Position numbers and translations under genes: made by a program
The notes under the pieces: generated by a model
Seen by the model: only the letters and a program-made list of their open reading frames with translations
The model's database searches: none
Told to the model about the DNA's origin: nothing
DNA from: Zootoca vivipara
Lineage: Eukaryota
NCBI RefSeq assembly: GCF_963506605.1
Contig: NC_083288.1
Span: forward strand, 44,826,001 to 44,890,000
Direction: 5' to 3'
DNA: 64,000 nucleotides
Shown here: positions 24,810 through 35,922 of the stretch, piece after piece
How positions within the stretch are numbered: position 1 is the stretch's first letter
How the letters are laid out: every line of letters begins with the position of its first letter

Positions 24810-25360
24810 CAGTATGACATATTCCAAAAATGGCTTGGAGAAATGATTGAGTAGAAGACCATACCAAGCACATCTCAAGCACATGGTTTTCCCCAACAGG
24901 ACAAATGTGTGTAACTGATGTACATCTATACAAGATCTCAAAGTAGCTGTCTTATTAAAGAAAAATTTCAGAAACAGACTGGAAAGAGAAGTTGCTGAAT
25001 TGCAACTCATTACCAAGCTTAAAACCATGGAGAGACCTGGTCTGAATAAGGACATTGGATTGTTATCTCATTATACATGATAAAGATTTCTTCAGCCATC
25101 TCACCCCTTGCTTTTTCCTGCAAGACCAATTGCAGTTGTTAACAGTCATCAACAGGTTTACCACTCCTATCAGCCAATTACCTATTCCCACCACCCTTCT
25201 GAGTAATACCCCTCCCCACCCTCTGACTATACATAAGGGTCTGGTGACTTCCGTTTCAGTGTATCTGAAGAAGTGTGCATGCACATGAAAGCTCATACCT
25301 ATGACAAACTTAGTTGGTCTCTAAGGTGCTACTGGAAGGAATTTTTTTTATTTTTTGTTT
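24810..25360 (+). mobile_element. Penelope-like element 3' fragment (GIY-YIG C-terminus plus pLTR)
   Basis: Remnant DLKVAVL..KNFRNRLEREVAELQLITKLKTMERPGLN.DIG.LSHY; pLTR also at 1375-1465 and inverted at 49002-49225. Confidence 0.8.
25261..25298 (+). ncRNA. Minimal hammerhead ribozyme motif of Penelope pLTR
   Basis: gtat-CTGAAGA-agtgtgcatgcacat-GAAA-gctc-atac: stem I gtat/atac, palindromic stem II, short AGCT stem III; identical copy on - strand at 49102-49139. Confidence 0.7.
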
Positions 25361-26168
25361 TGATGTACATGTGTAAGTGCCCAACATGCTTTGTTGGCCT
25401 GTGGCTAAGCAGTGAACTGGCTGCACAGTCAAGTATTTTGAGGGGATGTGGAAGCTATGGGAAGCATCCATCCCTGATGTTTGACCTGTGAGTGTCCACT
25501 TGCACATTCAAGTGGGCTTCGTTTGCCATTGCAATTGGGGATTGAGGAAGGTGCACTGGAGAATTCAGCCTTGATATTATGGATTTGCCTGCGAACTGCT
25601 CTTGCAGTGATTCAGCTGGACAACCATCTTGCCTCAAGCAAAAGAAGGATGAAAAGTGTAGCTGATTACACATGTACACAACATGCACCATTGCCATGGA
25701 AAATGGTTTGAATCAGGGCGCAGTCATAGAGTTTGGTGGAGGCCTTGTAGACCATGTACTCCAGCATCCTGCTTAATAAAATAAATCCAGACATCTACAG
25801 CATCCCAGAGAGATGTCTGCCCAGCCTCTCTTTGAAGACCTCTAGCAGCGGAGAGCTTACCACGCCTGTAGTTAACTGGCTCCATTGCCATAAACAAATT
25901 TCTCCTGATGTTCATGTGAAATTGATCATCCTGTAACTTGAGCCCATTAAAGTTTGTTCTTCCCTCTGGCACTGTCCGTCCTCTTTCTTCCATTTGACAG
26001 TCTTACTACGGAAATTCCGAAGATGAGGATTGCATGCCAGTTTATTTGTATCAGAAACATTAGAGGCATGTGAGAGATGTATTCAGCATCACCTTGTTCA
26101 CTGGGGTGAAACATCTGATTCAGTCCACATTTAAAGGTGGACCTACCTAGTTCTCACTTCCTGAAATG

Positions 26169-26525
26169 ATTGTTGTTGTTGTTTAGTCGTGTCCGACTCT
26201 TCATGACCCCATGGGCTATAGCACGCCAGGCACTCCTGCCTTCCACTGCCTCCCGCAATTTGGTCAAACTCATGTTCATAGCTTCGAGAACAGTCCAACC
26301 TTCTCGTCCTCTGTCGTCCCCTTCTCCTTGTGCCCTCAATCTTTCCCAACATCAGGGTCTTTTCCAAGGATTCTTCTCTTCTCATGAGGTGGCCAAAGTA
26401 TTGGAGCCTCAGCTTCAGGATCTGTCCTTCCAGGGAGCACTCAGGGCTGATTTCCTTAAGAATGGATAGGTTTGATCTTCTTGCAGTCCATGGGACTCTC
26501 AAGAGTCTCCTTCAGCACCATAATT
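26169..26525 (-). mobile_element. Bov-B (RTE) LINE 3' fragment
   Basis: RVPWTARRSNLSILKEISPECSLEGQILKLRLQYFGHLMRREESLEKTLMLGKIEG and (CAA)n tail. Confidence 0.92.
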
Positions 26526-27509
26526 AAAAAATGAAATCCTGAAATGATACATGAACTGAAACACAGCCATCCTTCAAAATGTGCACTGAATTTTGCACTG
26601 CAAGTACTGTAATGTGTACCAAAACATATAAAGCAAGATAAAGTGACCATAAAATGAATGTTAACAAAAATAACTTGCAAAAGTGTGTTACATTAGGCAA
26701 AAATGTATACAAAAATGTGTGTGTTAAGCTCAATCAATGATAAAAATTTGTGGAATTTGGCCCTAATATGATGAGTTTTCATGAGTTTTTTTTTTAAAAA
26801 AAAGAAATTGCAAGCTGATGTGGAAATGTGGAGAAATGACCTTAAATCTGCAAAGATGAGAAATGGAGATTAACAAAAAAAATTACATCCCTATGCTTTA
26901 CTATTCTATTAATATAATTACTTGCAGTCAAAGTAGATGTTTCAAGAGATCAATGATCAGGATCTGTTTCTAAAAGTTTTTTAAAAGTTTGAGAAAGCTG
27001 CTTTTTCATTTATTACTTTTATAAATTGCAGTTGTGTGGGGCCCTTATTCAGACTGGGATCATGCCTGTTTTCCTGATTCATGCTAGCCAAACTGAATCT
27101 GTTATTGGCACCACATACAGGTACCCTTACAATACCTGTGTGTTTTGCTTTGCAGAGTGAAAATAAATTTGGGGAGAGATTTTAAAATGTGATTGAAACA
27201 TGTGAGAAAGGGTTAACTTTCACTCCAAAATACCGTTATCCTAATCCAGCATCGTGTGTCTGCCATTATTATTATTATTATTATTATTAGTATTTGTTCC
27301 TATTCACAGACACACACCCTCCCAACATCACGTCTTGTTGGGCCTCAATGCTGATGTTCTTAGTATTCCGGAAAGTGAAAAATCCTGACAAAATTTTTGA
27401 GTTGTTTTTTGTTTAGGTCAAAGTTGTTGAGTTTTTTGGGGGAACGTTTTACAGATTTTGCAAAATCCACCCGTAACATGGGTTATGAAAACACAGTTAC
27501 CTTCTAAGG

Positions 27510-27830
27510 CAGGGGTCAGCAAACTTTTTCAGCAGGGGGCCGGTCCACTGTCCCTCAGACCTTGTGGGGGGCCAGACTATATTTTTTAAAAAAAATTGAA
27601 TGAATTCCTATGCCCCACAAATAACCCAGAGATGCATATTAAATAAAAGGATATATTCTACTCATGTAAAAACACCAGGCAGGCCCCATAAATAACCCAG
27701 AGATGCATTTTAAATAAAAGGACACATTCTACTCATGTAAAAACATGCTGATTACCGGACCGTCCGCGGGCCGGATTTAGAAGGCGATTGGGCCGCATCC
27801 GGCCCCCGGGCCTTAGTTTGGGAACCCCTG
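27510..27830. mobile_element. hAT (Charlie-like) MITE with internal direct duplication
   Basis: TIRs caggggt..caaact / agtttgggaacccctg; 8-bp TSD ttctaagg. Confidence 0.85.
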
Positions 27831-28579
27831 TTCTAAGGCATATATCATTACAATGTCCAAGGGCTCCTGCCCTGCAAAGATAGCTCCCAGATGAGTTGTT
27901 TTTTTTTTAGGGGACACACAGATGTAAAGAGAGTCTGCTTGATATTACAGCTGCTGGCTGCTAACTCCTCCCCCAACTCACTTCTTCATTCAGCCTGCCT
28001 TTCTCTCAGCAGTAGCCCCTCCCTCTCAGACCATGTGCTCTAGCAGAGCACACAGCCACACCCACAAAAAACTCACGATCAAATCTCCAAACAGCTCAGA
28101 CAACCAACCAGTCTTAAACCAAAAGACACAAGCTCACTCTCTTCAACCTCCTCCACCTCTGTTCATGAGCCCTGGTCATGAGCCCCCAGAAATGACAATC
28201 AGCTAAGTAGAACCCTTGTCCTGGCATGACACTCATCCAGTAAGATTCATTCATTTGCCTGGCTCCATTTTGCATAAAGTCATGTCTGAAATGATGAAAC
28301 CATTGCACTTAGTTGCTATCTCCTTGGAGGTTTCAGGCTTGGGAAACTGGTGAGCCATCAGGGATCCAGTCCCTTATGGTTGTCAAACTATTGAACAACA
28401 AACAAACCTGCTTGAGACACCAGGACGGGCAAAAGAGGATGGCATAAAAGCAGTGAAGCCGCTGGGGTTAAGGAACAGCGTGGCACCATGTATGGTGTTC
28501 ATGAGTAATGTCTCTAAAATTCATTCTCCCATTAGTTGTGCATGAGTTAGAACATTAATTTCTTCTGCACTAATTGATA

Positions 28580-28611
28580 ATGTGCTCCGGAAAACTGAAT
28601 GCATCCTGTAG
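28580..28611 (+). CDS. Putative upstream coding exon of the OR at 29933 (MCSGKLNASC-R)
   Basis: ATG at 28580, open to AG|gtaagt donor at 28612; phase 2 matches the acceptor at 29932; preceded by TAATT/ATTA and ctccttggag motifs. Confidence 0.6.
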
Positions 28612-29315
28612 GTAAGTCAAAAAGCAGATGTGTGTGTGAACACTCCAATAGATCTTTGAGAGATGGCATTCTTCCACAACCAAATTGTTATGGCTGATGT
28701 GAGAATAGCTGGTGGCATCACAATTATGGTGAAGGAGTTATGGGGAATTGGCTTCATTCTGCACCCAAATTTCTCTGGCACCTGAATTGGTTTTCCACGT
28801 CAACCGTGTTGCACGGTAAACATTGGTTTATTTCTTCACATAAATGCATAAAACAGCTATGGGATTTGCCGCTCAAGAAGTGCCAATGATTGCAGGACTT
28901 TGAAATGGTAGTGTAAAAATGAAGGGAGTGGCAGGCCACTAGTGGGTATTAGCTACAATAGTTTAATGAAACCTCAAGTTTCAGAGACAGGGTGCCTGCT
29001 GACTGCCTGGATTTTGTAGGAGGGCATAACAGGAAATTTAGGTTTCTGCAATTAAAGTGGATTAAAGTGCTCTGTTGTCCTGGTATGACAGCAGACCCTC
29101 CAAGTGTCCCTATTTTCCAGGGACATTCCTGATTTAGACAATCCGTGTTTCGGATTTGAACCTGGAATGTCTTGCTTTTCCTTAGGATGTCCCTATTTTC
29201 ATAGGAGAAATGTTGGAGGGTAGGGAGTTATCCGACCCCCCAAGCCATCTGAAGGCAATCCTGTATAGGGAAGTGGTGTTTTATTAATGTTTAATGTTTT
29301 ATTATGTTATTATAT

Positions 29316-29662
29316 GGGTGGCGCTGTGGGTTAAACCACTGAGCCTAGGGCTTGTCGATCAGAAGGTTGGCGGTTCGAATCCCCATGACGGGGTGAGCTC
29401 CCGTTGGTCGGTCCTAGCTCCTGCCAACCTAGCAGTTCGAAAGCACGTCAAAGTGCATGTAGATAAATAGGTACCGCTCCAAGTAGGAAGGTAAACGGCG
29501 TTTCCGTGTGCTGCTCTGGTTCGCCAGAAGCGGCTTAGTCATGCTGGCCACATGACCTAGAAGCTGTATGCCGGCTCCCTCGGCCAATAACGCGAGATGA
29601 GCGCCGCAACCCGAGTCGGTCACGACTGGACCTAATGGTCAGGGGTCCCTTTACCTTTACCT
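29316..29662 (+). mobile_element. Near full-length Sauria SINE, nested in a hAT MITE (~29092-29796)
   Basis: gggtggcgctgtgggttaaacc...ggttcgaatccc B-box...(acctt)n tail; other copies at 46620-46953, 49865-50174, 54465-54774 (-) and 63970-64000. Confidence 0.9.
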
Positions 29663-29932
29663 TATGTTTTTATATATGTTGGAAGCTGCCCAGAGTGGCT
29701 GGTGCGACCCAGTCAGATGTGCGGGGTATAAACAGTAAAAATATCATTATGGAATGGGACATCCCTATTTTCATTGGAGAAATGTTGGAGGGTATGTGAC
29801 ACTGCTAGTCAGTGTAGACAATATTGTGCCAGATAGCCTGATGTGGTTTAAGGCAGCTTCCCATGTTCCTATCACGATTCAGAGCACAAGAGGAGAAACA
29901 ACATGAACGTTCTTATTTTTCTGCTGCTGTAG

Positions 29933-30884
29933 GGATGGATCCGACCAGAAGAACCACACAGTAGTGACCCATTTCATTCTCCTCGGAATCCCCAACACTG
30001 AAGGCCTCCAGACCATCCTCTTTGTTGTCTTCTCGGCTTTCTATCTCTGCACTTTGCTGGGAAATCTGACCATTATGTCGGCTGTCCTCCTCGACTTTCA
30101 TCTCCACACCCCTATGTACTTTTTCCTCTGCAACCTGGCCATCCTAGACGTTGGTTTCTCTTCCGTCACCACTCCCAAAATGTTAGCCATCCTTTGGGCA
30201 CAGAGCAGGACCATCTCCTTAGGGGGGTGCATGTCCCAGGTCTTCTTCTACCATTTTATGGGATGTTCAGAGTGCCTGCTGTATACCGTCATGGCTTATG
30301 ATCGCTACATTGCCATTTGTTACCCACTGCGGTACATGGTCATTATGAACTGGAAGGTGTGCATCATCTTGGCGGCAGGTACATGGCTCGCCAGTTCCAT
30401 TCAGGGCATTGTTCTCACCACTCTCACTTTCACATTGCCTTACTGTGGCCCTAACGTAATAGATTATTTCTTCTGTGATGTTTTCCCAGTCGTCAAGTTG
30501 GCCTGTGCAGATACCACTACTATCGAAGCTGTGGGCTTCAACAATATTGGCATTGTGGGTGTGACCTGCTTCTCCCTCATCCTCTTGTCTTACGTCCGTA
30601 TCATCTACTCCATCGCACGGATGAATTCTGGGGAGGGGAGGCGCAAAGCGGCTTCCACATGTGCCTCTCACCTTCTGGTGGTTACCTTCTTCTTTGGACC
30701 TTGTGCCTTGATTTACACCCAGCCGTCTCTGAGTGGGGTCCTGGTCACCCCGGTGCAGATCTTTGGCAATGTTGTTACACCCATGCTCAACCCAGTCATC
30801 TACACCCTGCGAAACAAGGATGTGAAAGCAGCTCTGAAGAAACTCATGGGGAGGCAGACAGTCCCACAGTTGATGGCACATTAA
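29933..30884 (+). CDS. Olfactory receptor, OR10D-like, main coding exon (start codon upstream)
   Basis: Open frame DGSDQKNHTVVTHFILLGIPNTEGL...MAYDRYIAIC...PMLNPVIYTLRN; acceptor ctgctgtag; the ATG at 29935 is out of frame. Confidence 0.9.
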
Positions 30885-31018
30885 GGAACATCATGTTCCT
30901 AAAGGGTGCATGCTTGGAATAAACATTTTGGCCTTTTATTGAGCATATTACACCGATCCTGGTAGGACTGCACTGGCTACCAGTTAGTTTCCGGGCCCAA
31001 TTCAAAGTGTTGGTTTTG

Positions 31019-31049
31019 GTGGTCGCTCTAACAGCACATATACTAAAAT
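31019..31049 (+). pseudogene. 3'-truncated U6 snRNA retrocopy
   Basis: gtggtcgctctaacagcacatatactaaaat versus U6 5' end GTGCTCGCTTCGGCAGCACATATACTAAAAT; flanked by duplicated tgttggttt inside an L2 remnant. Confidence 0.7.
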
Positions 31050-32111
31050 GTTGGTTTAGACCTACAAAGCCTTAAATGTCTTAGGACTGCAATACCTCAA
31101 GGATCGCCTCTCTCCATATGAACCTACCTGGACCCTGAGATCATCTTGTGAGGCCTTTCTTAGTGTGCTTCCTCCATGAGAGATCCGGAGGGTGGATCCA
31201 CATCAATGGGCCTTTTCTGCAGTGGCTCTCAATTGGTGGAATGCTCTCCCCAGGGAGGTTCGCCTGGTGCCTTCACTATACACCATTAGGCACCCGGCAA
31301 AAGTGTTCCTCTTTAACCAGGACATTGACTGACTGACATCCAATGCCCTTTTAAAATGTGTGTGGGGGATTATTGGGTTCTTCTTGTTTTTGTATTTATT
31401 ATGCATTTTGTGTTTTTATGATGTGATTTTATGTTGTGAACCACAAGACCTGTGAATATAGGGAGGTATACAATTTTATTAAATAATGATAATTATTATT
31501 ATTATTCAGTGTCCTCTTCAAATGTAATCATGAATGTATCAGTAGTATATTGCTTTCTGCAGCACATGGTATGGTGGTCAAGAATCTTGAGATTTCTTCT
31601 TTTTCCTATCATTCTCAATATAGTAATGGTGCTGTTAGAACACCCTTTGCCAACCTGGTGCCCTCCAGATGGCTTTGCACTGCAGGTCCCATCACCCTTG
31701 GCCAAGCTGCCTGTGGTTGATGGGAGTTGTAGTCTGGAAGGAACCAAACTGCTCTAGGATGGATTAGACAGTTGCACTGCTGCCCTGCCAGTGAATTCAC
31801 TGGAACCCCCATTCTTTTGAATGCTTGAATGCTGCTTCCCCAAACTTGATTCCTCAAGTGAAGGCTTCCAGATGTCTCTGTGGTTGGATCCAGATTAAGT
31901 TAGTCACATTTACGTAGGTTTCTGTTGAACTCAGTGTGATATGTTATCCAAGACTATCTTGAACCTCTAGACTAATCTGGATTGAACTCCATGTGACCAA
32001 GAACCCAATCCTGAGAAAGATAAGCAGTCTTGCAACTATATATAGCCTATTTTCATTGGTTTTTATGTGTTGATATGTTTCATGGCATTATACACTGTTG
32101 TTCTGGGGGAC

Positions 32112-32633
32112 ACGCTCTGGTCAGACCTCACCTGGAATACTGTGTCCAGTTCTGGGCACCACAGTTCAGGAAGGATACTGACAAGCTTGAACGTGTCCAG
32201 AGGAGGGCAACCAAAATGGTCAAGGGCCTGGAAATGATGCCTTATGAGGCATGACTTAGGGAGCTGAGTATGTTTAGCCTGGAGAAGAGAAGGTTAAGGG
32301 GTGATATGATAGCCATGTTCAAATATATAAAAGGATGTCATATAGAGGAGGGAGAAAGGTTGTTTTCTGCTGCTCCAGAGAAGCGGACACGGAGCAATGG
32401 ATTCAAACTACAAGAAAGAAGATTCCACCTAAACATTAGGAAGAACTTCCTGACAGTAGGAGCTGTTCAGCAGTGGGATTTGCTACCAAGGAGTGTGGTG
32501 GAGTCTCCTTCTTTGGAGGTCTTTAAGCGGATGTTTGACAGCCATCTGTCAGGAATGCTTTGATTGTGTTTCCTGCTTGGCAGAGGGTTGGACTGGATGG
32601 CCCTTGTGGTCTCTTCCAACTCTGTTGATTCTA
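32112..32633 (+). mobile_element. CR1 LINE 3' fragment
   Basis: [38 protein letters not shown]...FSLEKRRLRGD and gattcta tail; second copy at 42017-42246. Confidence 0.93.
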
Positions 32634-34225
32634 GGTGAGATTCTTGCATTGCAGGGGGTTGGACTAGATGATCATTGGGGTTCCTTCCAGCTCTTCCATT
32701 TTATGATTCTATGTTATGATTAGTATTTTCCTGTTCTTGCATGTTTGCATTTTCATAATATTCTTTTAAAACACTTTTTAAAAAGGGATATCTGTGAAAG
32801 CTGTCATTGTCAATCCCGAAAGGACTGCAATGATGATGATAATGATGTGTTACACAATATACTTGAACTGTTAAGAGCTGTTTCTTATATAAGCAATCAA
32901 AGACCCATAGGGATACGATCTCTGGGGTCTTAGACAGCCCAATTTACTTGAAATAGTAACATCTCAAAGAAGTTTGCTTGGAGATGACTTTTTTCTTTGT
33001 CTCTGTGTTTCTGGTATAATAGGGCTTTAAGGAATATAAATACATTTGGGGTTGAAGGAGACAGAGAGAGGCACCACATGGGGCCAGAGCCACAAGCAAT
33101 TCTGAGGGGATCCTAGTGGGTGCAAATGCCTCATGCCAGGAGGAACCAGAGAGCATTCAGCAACTCTTAAAATGTCAGCATGTGAGAGTGCCTGAGCCAC
33201 GTTGTGTTGCGGATGTGGGTAAGGAGGAAGGGGCAGGGACGAGAAACATAGAAGAGACAACGAAACTGTGGCAGTTAAAAAGGTGAAGAAAGAGGGACGC
33301 GGGGAGGAGGTAGAGAGAAAAGGGGCAAACTACAAGGGGAAATAGTGCTGCTTCGATGAAAATAATGAAGAACAGAAAAGGGGAAGAATGACAGTATGGA
33401 AAGAGAGCCGGAAAGTGAGAGAGGGGTGAAAAGGCTGGCAGGAATGGAAACTGTACAAGATAAAATAGGAGAGGAAACTCTATAAGGGAAGAGAGTGGAT
33501 ATAGGAAAGACAGGAAAGAGGGAGAGAGGGAAAATACAGGCAGGGGAGAACATGTATAGAAATCAAAAAAAGAGTTTCATCCTGTGATGAAAGGAAGCAA
33601 CCAGACTCTTTGAGTAAGGTCTGCAGAACAAGAGACCTTCTGGGGTTCTGCAGACTTCTGGGTCTGAAGGTAGAGTTAGAGCCGACATAACGAAGACCAT
33701 GAAAAGGATGTCAGGAATACCAGAGCTGAATGCAACAGTAGCAAAAGAGGATTCTTAACTTAAGAAGAGTTGGACTTATCTTCTGAACAGATTCCATCTT
33801 TGGAGAGCAGACACTTTGAGATAAGGTGTTTTCCAATAATTTATTAGACCAAGTCAAAAGATCTTCTCTTAACTGCCTAGCTGTGTTAACATTCTTCTTA
33901 GCTTTAGAGGCAAAGTCTGTGGTTGAGATACGTTTGTGCTAGAATAAAGGGCTGAGATCAAGAGTTACTGAAGCTCACCATCATCTCTCAAACACAGAAC
34001 GATCTAAGTTAGGCTGCAAAGCATCTTAACACTATGTAGAAAAAATTCTGAAAGAGGAGATGAAGCTGTTTGTGCACTTATTTGGAACCATTCTAATTAA
34101 CAGGCCAGTAGGTAACTGGTTCCTAGTGGACAGGATGAACATCTTGGTTACTGTTCTTTATTAAGATGGATAACCAGGGTGCTTAGCATGCCCCTGTAGA
34201 GTAAAATTGCATCCTTTAATATATA

Positions 34226-34653
34226 TGTGAGGGACAGGGGATATCGCGAAGTCCCTCCCCTCCTGAGTTCAAGCCCGTCCCCGAGCAAAGGGGAAAGCAG
34301 GGAGAGTTCCGATTCCAGTGGGGAAGCAGGAAGTCGTGTCCGAGGCTCAGGCAAGGTAGAGGAGCCAGGGTCCCAGGTGGGACAGGAAGGGGCAAGCAAG
34401 GGGGGAAGACCCATCCCTCCAACTCCAGAATTACGCAGGAAGAGGAGGGGCAAGAGGATGGGTCTGCCAAAGCTTTTGTGTTGGAGAAAGACGCGCCAAA
34501 AGCCATTAGGAGGTTCTGAAACAGACTGACAACATCGCTCCGTGTAAATAGCAATGACTTGAGCACTGTAAATACGCAGCACCAATAAAAGAATAAAATG
34601 CAGAGCTGCGTAGCGTCGTTACTCTGAAGTAGTCCACTCCGGCCACTGTGACA
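34226..34653 (+). repeat. Gypsy 5' LTR
   Basis: tgtgagggac...ctgtgaca; AATAAA at 34584 and 34592. Confidence 0.96.
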
Positions 34654-34655
34654 GC

Positions 34656-34666
34656 AACCTCCTAAT
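34656..34666 (+). promoter_or_regulatory. Self-priming primer-binding site
   Basis: aacctcctaat is the exact complement of LTR 34505-34515 (attaggaggtt); no TGG tRNA PBS. Confidence 0.75.
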
Positions 34667-34695
34667 CATTTTTGGGCTACTTCGGAGTTGCCGGG

Positions 34696-35922
34696 ATGAG
34701 CGTGTCCGAGGCGGAGAAGTGGCGGCAGATCGCTGAGCAAGCCCAGCTAGAACTGCAACAGCTGTCGCTGCAGGCGCAGGGAGAATTGAAGGCAGCTAAA
34801 GAGGAGACTAAGAAGGTCCAGGACGACCGGCTACAACTTGCGGAACAGGTGAGAGAGCTCCAGGAAAAAGAGCAGCATTTAAGGGCGGTGGCGGTAGACC
34901 TCCAAAACAAGCTGGATGCAGAGAAAAACAAGGCGGGAGGGGCTCCCCAAGTCCAAGTGCTGCCAGGAAGGAGAGCAGGGACCCTTGTAAGCAAGTTCAA
35001 TGGAGACCCGAAGGAGTTTCAGGGCTTTGAGACTGAGATCGTGTATGCTCTTGAGCTGCACCAGAATGAGTTCCCCGATGATGAGCACAGAGTAGCGTTT
35101 ATTGTGGAACATCTCACCGGAGCAGCCAGGGAGTGGCTAAGACCATTAATCGCAACCAAGAATCCTTGCATGAAAAATGTCCAACAATTTCTAGAAGGTT
35201 TGAGGACGATGTATTCGTCCGATAGTCATTTGGACCAGACTAAGGAGGAACTGCATAATTTACGCCAAGGAAATATGACAGTTCGCGCATATTGGGCGAA
35301 ATTCACCATGCTGGTGCACAGACTGGGGTGGGTTTTGGATTCGCCTCCCATGCAAGCTGCGTTTTACTTGGGTTTGAGCGAGGAGGTGAAGGATGAACTC
35401 TCGAGAGGTCCAAAGCCCAGTACTATGGATCAGCTGAGCAAAGCAGCTCTGGCGGTGGGGGTGAGGCAGGAATCCCGGTGGAACGACAAGCAAGCGACGC
35501 GCGCAAAGCGGGCTTGGTTCCCACGGTCGCAGGAGAAGCCACTCCCTCAACAACCCTTTCAGGCCACGCCTGGAGCCAGCCAGGACCAGGAGCCCATGCA
35601 GATTGATAGCGCGCGCGCGCGGGCTTTTCAAACCCCAGCGGCGCCAAGGCGCAAGGAGGGAAGGGGCGGGAATTGCTTTCTCTGCAACTCACCCCAGCAT
35701 CTCGTCAGAGACTGCCCACATCGCAGGGAGTGGCAAGGAAAGGCGGGAACGGTGGTGCCCTCCCCCACTGACGCAGCACCACAGCAGGGAAACGGGAAAG
35801 CCTGGCTGCAGGAGACAAGGGGCAGCAGCCAGGCACAGTCAGCAGACAACAGCCCCAGCCCGCCCACCCGCACAGAGAGGTGCAGAGCCAGCCCACCCCT
35901 CCCAGAGCAGGAGTGGTTCTAG
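34696..35922 (+). CDS. gag: Gag (PEG10/RTL-like capsid, CCHC knuckle)
   Basis: Coiled-coil N-terminus, FNGDPKEFQGF...RVAFIVEHLTGAAREW, LRQGNMTVRAY, CFLCNSPQHLVRDC. Confidence 0.93.
   Translation: MSVSEAEKWRQIAEQAQLELQQLSLQAQGELKAAKEETKKVQDDRLQLAEQVRELQEKEQHLRAVAVDLQNKLDAEKNKAGGAPQVQVLPGRRAGTLVSKFNGDPKEFQGFETEIVYALELHQNEFPDDEHRVAFIVEHLTGAAREWLRPLIATKNPCMKNVQQFLEGLRTMYSSDSHLDQTKEELHNLRQGNMTVRAYWAKFTMLVHRLGWVLDSPPMQAAFYLGLSEEVKDELSRGPKPSTMDQLSKAALAVGVRQESRWNDKQATRAKRAWFPRSQEKPLPQQPFQATPGASQDQEPMQIDSARARAFQTPAAPRRKEGRGGNCFLCNSPQHLVRDCPHRREWQGKAGTVVPSPTDAAPQQGNGKAWLQETRGSSQAQSADNSPSPPTRTERCRASPPLPEQEWF
35787..35856 (+). promoter_or_regulatory. -1 ribosomal frameshift signal (G GGA AAC plus stem/pseudoknot)
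   Basis: Heptamer 35787-35793 in gag frame; 10-bp stem 35800-35809/35825-35834; loop ggggc can pair with gcccc 35852-35856; the -1 frame is open into pol. Confidence 0.85.

Noticed and set aside
33560-34225. Gypsy flank that looks like degraded coding sequence of an older element
   Set aside because: No motif I could identify; class unsupported
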